A stretch of 64,000 nucleotides of DNA, taken from NCBI GenBank assembly GCA_951406725.2, contig OX597826.1, positions 45,694,001 through 45,758,000 on the forward strand, in the 5' to 3' direction. Shown here piece by piece: positions 56,216-64,000 of the stretch. The stretch is from Octopus vulgaris. Taxonomy: Eukaryota. The stretch's first letter is position 1. Every line of letters starts with the position of its first letter. Under the pieces are notes generated by a model. The model was not told the origin of the DNA and made no database searches. It saw only the letters and a program-made list of their open reading frames with translations. The translations under genes were made by a program, and so were the position numbers.

Positions 56216-56297
<82 letters not shown>

Positions 56298-56512
56298 AGG
56301 CGGTGAGATGGCAGAATCGTTAGGACACCGAGCAAAATGCTTAGCGACATTTCGTCTGTCTTTATGTTCTGAGTTCGAATTCCACCGAGGTCGGCTTTGC
56401 CTTTCAGCCTTTCGGGGTCGATAAAATAAGTACCAATTGAGTACTGCGGTCTATGAAATCGGCTTATCCCCTCCCCCAAACTTGCTGGCCTTGTGCTAAA
56501 ACTCAAAATCAT

Positions 56513-56678
56513 ATAGGCGCAGGAGTGGCTGTGTGGTAAGTAGCTTGCTTACCAACCACATGGTTCCGGGTTCATTACCACAGCGTGTCACTTTGAGCAG
56601 GTGTCTTCTACTATTGTCTCGGGCTGACCAAAGCCTTGTGAGTGGATTTGGTAGACGGAAACTGAAGGAAGCCCGTCG

Positions 56679-56747
<69 letters not shown>

Positions 56748-56948
56748 ATGTGTGTGTGTCTGTCCTCCCCAACATCGCTTGACAACCGATGCTGGTGTGT
56801 TTACGTCCCCGCAACGTAGCGGTTCAGCAAAAGAGTCTGATAGAATAAGTACCAGGTTAAGTCCTGGGGTCGATTTGCTCGACTAAAGGCGGTGCTCCAG
56901 CATGGCCGCAGTCAGATGACTGAAACAAGTAAAAGAGTAAAAGAGTAA
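56513..56948 (+). mobile_element. SINE family C
   Basis: ataggcgcaggagtggctgtgtggtaag..gactgaaacaagtaaaagag. Confidence 0.92.
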
Positions 56949-57463
56949 CGAGTATTGTTATTATTATTGTTCGGTTCCTAAGGCGGTAGGCTGACAGAAT
57001 CGTTAGCGTGCTAGACAAAATACTTAGCGGCATTTCGTCTGTCTTTACGTTCTGATTTCAAATTCTGTCGAGGTGGTTTTTGCCTTTCATCCTAGCGGGG
57101 TCGATAAAATAAGTACCAGTTGGGCACTGGCGTCACTGTAAACGAAATTGCTGGCCATGTTCCAAAATTTGAAACCATTATTATTGATGAGCATTTAAGG
57201 CGATGAGTTCTGAGAATCGTTAGCGCGTTGGGCAAAATGTTTAGTGGCATTTTTTCCGGCTCTTTACGTTCTGAGATCAAATGCCGCTTAGGTCAAATTT
57301 ACCTTTCATTTTTTTTTTTTCCAGGGTGGATAAAATAAAGTGCCAGTCCTAAATATGCTGGTCTCATGCCAAAATTTGAAACCATTATTATCGATTCCAG
57401 TCAATTGTAGTTATTGCTGTTGCTGTTATTCCATCAAATATTGTTGTATCCCATTCACTTCGA

Positions 57464-57690
<227 letters not shown>

Positions 57691-59023
57691 TCAGCTCCAG
57701 TCTAATCTTATTTTTTTTGTTCTCCATTCTGCTCTTGTTGTTACTGTTGTTGTCATTGTTTTAATCCAGCCAAACTGTAATCAATCAGACATATGCCACA
57801 CAGATAAATCGATCGAGCGACTGTATCGATATACAAATCTATCAACTTATTTTTATTGTTCGACTAGAGTTCTTGTAATTACAACCAACCATCTTATTCG
57901 CTTCAAACACACGTGTATCTAGGACTACATTACACAATATGCTCCTTTCTGTTATTTTGAAGACCTGTTTGTGATTCGCGAAAAGGTACTGAAAATTTGC
58001 TGACTTTGGGTAAAAGGAAATACAGAAAGAACAGTTAATTATGATTTTATTCAACATATTCTCCTCTCAGATTTACACTCTTATTGCAGCGGTCCTTCAG
58101 TTTTTCTAAGCCCTGCAAAAGAACTCGAAAGGTTGGGCCTCCAGCCTGGCCTTTCGCGAAACCTTCAACGCCAGGAACTTTTCAGAACCCCGTCGTATAT
58201 GTGGTGCGTAATTTAGGTTTGATTTGAGGAAAAGTTGGTCGCTATTTCTTGCACGCTGGGTAGATATGTAGACTCCTTTGTTCAGCTATTTGTAAACTGA
58301 ATTATGTTTCCTGTATGTAACTGTAGTCCTAAAAGTATAATGGTAAATCTCCGTTGTCTGGTAATGATGATTCTGTTGTTCAACCAATTGAATTATCTCC
58401 TCCTGTTCTAAGCATATCTTTTGGAGTTGATGATGACAGAAGGTCATGACTCGTTGCATTAGTCTGGGCAAAAACTACAATGAGTCTCTAGTATTTTTTC
58501 TCGAATTTAGATGTTTTTTGGCTCTGTTAAACGAAGATGTTACTTGCTGTCTATTTGTGTTTTTGATTGTACAATTTGAAAGTGATGTTAGATTTTAGGA
58601 GCAGATATTTGATCCAGGAGTTTGCACCAAGCATAGCTGCAGTTCAGTGGATATTTATTGTTTTCTGTCCTACCTCCGTTAAATGAGAAAAACCAGTCAT
58701 ATACCAGGGTTTGAAACAAGGGTAAGTTCGGATTATTATTATTATAGTTCGGTTTTCCGAGCTATGATAGTTCGTGATATTTGTTCACTACTAATTCATT
58801 CATTTGTTCATTCGATATTTCTTCAGTTTTAGTTCACTCATTCGGTTACTCATTACAATAAGCTTGTAGAAGTACCCCGTTGTTATTACAGCTACCTAAG
58901 ATGATTGCTCGTAACTACTGACATATTTTTATAGACTTTTCCTATTCTGGCTTTGAGGTCTCCTACTAGTAACAGTGATAAGCCAGTGAACTTGTTAAAA
59001 ATATATATTAGCAACAGAGCTAA

Positions 59024-59118
59024 TATTACTACCGAGAGATAATATTTATTCCCACTTAAATAAATAAATAGAACATCTACGTTTAAGTAGGAATAAATAT
59101 TATCTCTCGGTAGTAATA
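59024..59118. other. 37-bp-stem hairpin (pre-miRNA-like or tiny MITE)
   Basis: Arms 59024-59060 and 59082-59118, one mismatch, 21-nt loop. Confidence 0.85.
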
Positions 59119-59246
59119 CTTTCTTTGTTCGTGTGGAGAATGTTGCATAATATACGTTCTAACTGGCTATAGAAGACTTCTTTACAGAAGAGATCAGCTA
59201 TGACAAACCCCAAGACTGGGATTTGTCATAGCTATATAATGATTAC

Positions 59247-59555
59247 GGAGGCGCAATGGCCTAGTGGTTAGGGCAGCGGACTCGCGGTCGTAGGATGGCG
59301 GTTTCGATTCCCAGACCGGGCGTTGTGTGTGTTTATTGAGCGAAAACGCCCAAAGCTCCATGGGGCTCCGGCAGGAGGTGGTGGCGATCCCTGCTGTACT
59401 CTTTCGCCACAACTTTCTCTCACTCTTTCTTCTGTTGGCCTGCTCGCTTAGCCAGCGGGGTGGCGTCATTTGAAGGCTAAAACAATGTGAAGCGCATTGA
59501 GACCAGCGATGTGTAACAACATCTGATAGCCTGGTCGGTCACGGTGATCACGGTG
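59247..59555 (+). mobile_element. SINE family A, tail iv
   Basis: TSD atataatgattac (59234-59246 / 59556-59568). Confidence 0.92.
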
Positions 59556-59838
59556 ATATAATGATTACATAGAATATAATGATTACAGTAGTATCACTGG
59601 CAAGTACCTTGTCAGTGGCAGTTTCATCGTCATAACGTTGTTACTTACTGGTACAGTTAATTTAACAAGCTTCCACACAGTTTTTATTTGCCATCGACAA
59701 AACTGGAGTCGACCCGAAACTATAGTTAAGACATTCGCTCATGAAACTAAGCAGACGGATTGAACCCGAGACTTCTTGATTGCAAAGCGAACTTCTTAAC
59801 CAATCGCCTATGCTTTAAGTCTAGTAATGAGCTCTAGA

Positions 59839-61202
59839 TACAAAATGGTTAACTAGCAATAACTTGAAGACACACATGGTGTTCAAACGGTCTACAGAAT
59901 CAGGGGAGTCTCCCGCTGTGATCAGAAAACTGAAAATATTTATTTGGCTAAAATTTAAAAATACAATACTTATAAATACAGAAAGTTGGTGAGATACAAA
60001 AATAGGTTTTTCTTTCCAATACAAAGTTTAATATCACAAAATCGTAAATAATATCGAATGAAATATATGATACACGGTGTTGTGCTGTGGAGTACGGTGA
60101 AGTATAGAATGGTGGAGCTGGGTAGATATATCTGTATTTTTCACCGGTTAGTTTTCGCTTTTCATTTCTCTCCATGGGATGATTTTGAACACGCTGTGTT
60201 TATCTAAATATAAGCCCAGGTGACATTAAATATTACAGGTGAGTTGTTACTGCTTGATGAATTAGTTCCAGCGTGTGTATAGCTAGCTGCAACTGTTCCA
60301 TCTCTATATCATTGCTATGTTTAAATATGACTGCATCCATCACCTCCGTTTCGCCTGTGTCCCAACCAACCCACTACCGACCACCACCACCACTACCAGA
60401 ATTCATCCCTGCCATACTCGAATGGATTTACTTCCCAAATTCCTATATTTTTCACTTCTGCATGATCGAAATCGGACGGTAGGATCGATAACGCGAACAT
60501 ATATCATGGATTTGAAAGGTTCCGTTTTCAATCCTTTAATGGACGCAGTAAACATGTGAGTTTTGTGTAATGGTCGAATTCTCAGCCTATCTTACGCTTT
60601 TAGATTTTTGGGTATTCATAACTTCCAGAGAAAATCTATTCTATCTGGAAAATAACGGCTATAATCTATTCTTATGGTTTCTTCATTCTATCAAACACAC
60701 ACATACACACACACTCACATACACACTCACATACACACGCGTGCGCATTTATATATATATATACATATACACATATATATATGTATACACATATATATAT
60801 GTATACACATATATATATGTATACACATATATATGTATACACATATATATATATGTATACACATATATATATATGTATACACATATATATATATGTATAC
60901 ACATATATATATATGTATACACACACATATATATGTATACACACACATATATATGTATACACATATATATGTATACACATATATATGTATATACATATAT
61001 ATGTATATACATATATATATGTATATACATATATATATATGTATACACATATATATATATGTATACACATATATATATATGTATACACACACATATATAT
61101 ATATACACATATATATGTATATATATATACATATATATATATGTATACACATATATATATATGTATACACACACATATATATGTATACCCACATATATGT
61201 AT

Positions 61203-61244
<42 letters not shown>

Positions 61245-61320
61245 TGAAGAACAATTTCATTGGTTCTTCCATAAAGATCGATTGCTGTAAGCCATCCGTT
61301 GATTTCCTTTACAATTGGAG
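59839..61320 (+). pseudogene. Possible decayed multi-C-type-lectin-domain sequence
   Basis: Ordered motif traces across frames: WLKFKN..ESW*D..IVNNIE; LWSTV..WSWVD; DC..LRFAC; PTTTTTT linker; PCHT/EWIYFPNS; RTYIMDLKGSV; FWVFI..FYLENNG. Confidence 0.3.
60760..61242. repeat. ~18-22-bp minisatellite ATGTATACAC(AT)n
   Basis: About 20 or more units built from dinucleotide repeats. Confidence 0.9.
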
Positions 61321-61855
61321 ACTATTTAAAACAATTACGTTATTTCAAAGAGTAATAGCTATTTTCCTTGTAATCCAATATTCTTTCCCTGTAGCACGGC
61401 TGAAGATTGATCGAGAATAAGACAGATCCGTTTAAGTAGTTGCTGTGGTCAGTTTGAAAATTTCACATTCTGTACACACCGTAATATAAACAGTATTTTG
61501 CTTAGTAAGGCCTTTTACAACGTATTTCTTCATTGCTCTCTGTTTTTCTTGTTCTCCTTCCCACCCTATTTCTCTTTCCTTGTTTTCCTTATCTTTTCAT
61601 CTCTTCCTACTCCTTCTCGCCTTTCTCTTTCCTCTTTTCCTTCTCCTTGTCTCCTCCTCCTCCTACGACTTCCATTATATTACATTCCACCATATTATAT
61701 TATATTACAATATGTTATTTGTTAAGCAAGATGAAATACATTAAGCAGCGAATTAACTGAGTCAGACCATTTACTTCAGCACTCTCTGTTCAAATCCCAC
61801 CAAAGTCAACGGATATCTTTATTATTCTTTAATTTTGTATGCTAATATATCATAA

Positions 61856-62102
61856 GTGGAGGCGCGTGGCTTAGTGGTTAGGGTGTCAGCATCACGATCG
61901 TAAGATTGTGGTTTCGATTCCTGGACCGGGCGACGCGTTGTGTTCTTGAGCAAATATTTCATTTCACGTTGCTCCAGTCCACTCAGATGGCAAAAATGAG
62001 TAACGCTGCGATGGACTGGCGTCCCATCCAGCTGGGGAACACATACGCCATTGAAACCGGGCCCATGAGCCTGACTAGGCTTTAAAAGGGTGCATTTATT
62101 TT
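61856..62102 (+). mobile_element. SINE family B, tail ii
   Basis: TSD taatatatcataag (61843-61856 / 62103-62116). Confidence 0.92.
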
Positions 62103-62276
62103 TAATATATCATAAGAGCACCCCTATGACTTAAACAGCAACTAAACCCTACCCCCATTATTTACAATGTGATTGCATTCTTTTGTGTTTGTGCATTCTT
62201 TGTATGTTCATTAATTTCTCTGTTGAAGACGTGCTGTGGGATGTTGTTCTAGGAATATTCTAGCGTTGTGATGTTT

Positions 62277-62879
62277 AAGGCGGCGAGCTGGCAGGAACTT
62301 TAGCACGCCGGGCAAAATGCTTAGTGGTATATTTCGTCTGCCGCTACGTTCTGAGTTCAAATTCCGCCGAGGTCGACTTTGCCTTTCATCCTTTCGGGGT
62401 CGATAAATTAAGTACTAGTTACGCACTGGGGTCGATGTAATCGACTTAATCCTTTTGTCTGTCCTTGTTTGTCCCCTCTGTGTTTAACCCCTTGTGGGTA
62501 GTAAAGAAATAGGTATTTCGTCTGCTGCTACGTTCTAAGTTCAAATTCCGCCGAGGTCGACTTTGCCTTTCATCCTTTCGGGGTCGATTAAATAAGTACC
62601 AGTTGCGCACTGGGGTCGATGTAATCAACTTAATCCGTTTGTCTGTCCTTGTTTGTCCCCTCTGTGTTTAGCCCCTTGTGGGTAGTAAAGAAATAGGTAT
62701 TTCGTCTGCCGTTACGTTCTGAGTTCAAATTCCGCCGAGGTCGACTTTGCTTTCATCCTTTCGGGATCGATAAATTAAGTACCAGTTACGCACTGGGGTC
62801 GATGTAATCGACTTAATCCGTTTGTCTGTCTTTGTTTGTCCTCTCTATGCTTAGCCCCTTGTGGATAATAAAGAAATAA
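62277..62879 (+). mobile_element. SINE family D: head plus three 184-bp body units
   Basis: Units start at ggtat(at)ttcgtctgc at 62326, 62512 and 62696. Confidence 0.92.
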
Positions 62880-63637
62880 GTAGACTTATTATCAAAGTGA
62901 TTCCAGCCTTGGCCATCTCGTCTTTATGTGTAACTAACGTGTTCTTCATGTTTAAAATAGTAGAGAAATTTTAAGAAATTTAATTTGTATTTTTAGCAGG
63001 TGAAGGATCCACATTGCATTTCTTTCGTTATCTTTATTCTCGTTGAGTATGACGGGGTAGAAAGGGCTCCTTAGCCGTAGTGAAGGCAATCTATCTAGGG
63101 AGATAACCTTACAATAAATCACTCGGTCCGTAGCTTAGAAATACTGGGTTGACGTCCAGCGGGAACAGCTTTGTTTCATGGAGGAGGAAAGATCTTCTTT
63201 AGTACTTGGTTGTACAATGCTTTCCAATGTGTGTAGTAGTGGCGCGCGCACACATTATTAGCCATTTGAAAAGACTATGGAATTTAGTCTCGACCACGGT
63301 CGAACAATGATGATGACGGCCGTTTTTATTAGATTCTCGCATTGGTGTTTCTGGTAAGAAAGACAATGAAAAAGTTGGAAGACAATGAGTTTGGTATGTG
63401 TATATCTGCGTATCTAAGTGATTGATGCAGGCTTGGTGAAATTGGGGAAACTATATTTTGAGAATATGAGTATGATGTCACTTGCATATGAAGCTGTTTT
63501 AAGAAGAGACGCGTAAGATTAGGTTAAAAAGACACGATGAGAGAACAGACCATGGCATAACTCCGTTTTAAAGGGTAGAGAAAGACGTTTAAGAGGACGT
63601 TAAAAAGAAACGGTGAGAGGGTGGACCCTTGCGGTAC

Positions 63638-63866
63638 GGCGAGCTGGCAGAAACGTTAGCACGTCGGGCGAAATGCTTAGCGGTATTTCGTCTGCTGTTA
63701 CGTTCTGAGTTCCAATTCCGCCGAGGTCGACTTTGCCTTTCATCCTTTCGGGGTCGATAAATTAAGTATCAGTTATGCACTGGGGTCGATGTAATCGACT
63801 TAATACCTATGTGTGTCCTTGTTTGTCCCCTCTGTGTTTAGCCCCTTGTGGGTAATAAAGAAATAG
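63638..63866 (+). mobile_element. SINE family D monomer
   Basis: Close match to the first unit at 62277. Confidence 0.9.
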
Positions 63867-64000
63867 GTACTCTCTTAGGAAAATAACAAATTTTGGAAGT
63901 AACTTTTACTTTATACATTTTCAGAGAAAGTCAGGTAAATATAGGTTTTAAAAAGGCGGTGGGAGAACATATCCTTGTAGGTCTGCTATGGGGAAATGAT

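Noticed and set aside
63040-63630. Possible RTE 5' UTR and C-terminal remnants
   Set aside because: Resemblance too faint to call without a database search.

Overview
AT-rich, microsatellite-saturated eukaryotic DNA, most likely intergenic or intronic octopus (coleoid cephalopod) sequence. The taxon is inferred from the tRNA-derived SINE families and the repeat density. I cannot support any intact host protein-coding gene; nearly all ORFs in the track are translations of simple repeats. Recognisable content: four SINE head families (my labels A-D, many copies with 12-14 bp TSDs), several RTE-clade LINE fragments, an R4/Dong-type LINE 3' end with an open CCHC/RLE frame inside (TAA)n, a Tx1/L1-like ORF1, a Penelope-like element with GIY-YIG and a hammerhead-like motif, a decayed mariner transposase, and a U6 snRNA retrocopy abutting a SINE. 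Most notable observations: a possible U6-SINE chimera, a 727-bp unknown insert carrying covarying GAGG..CCTC hairpins, a 1.2-kb templated insertion flanked by 97-bp direct repeats, modular SINE head/tail swapping, a recurrent SINE multimer junction, near-perfect hairpins, and two faint pseudogene-like traces (class A GPCR, multi-C-type lectin). All comparisons were made by eye; boundaries of degenerate elements are approximate.
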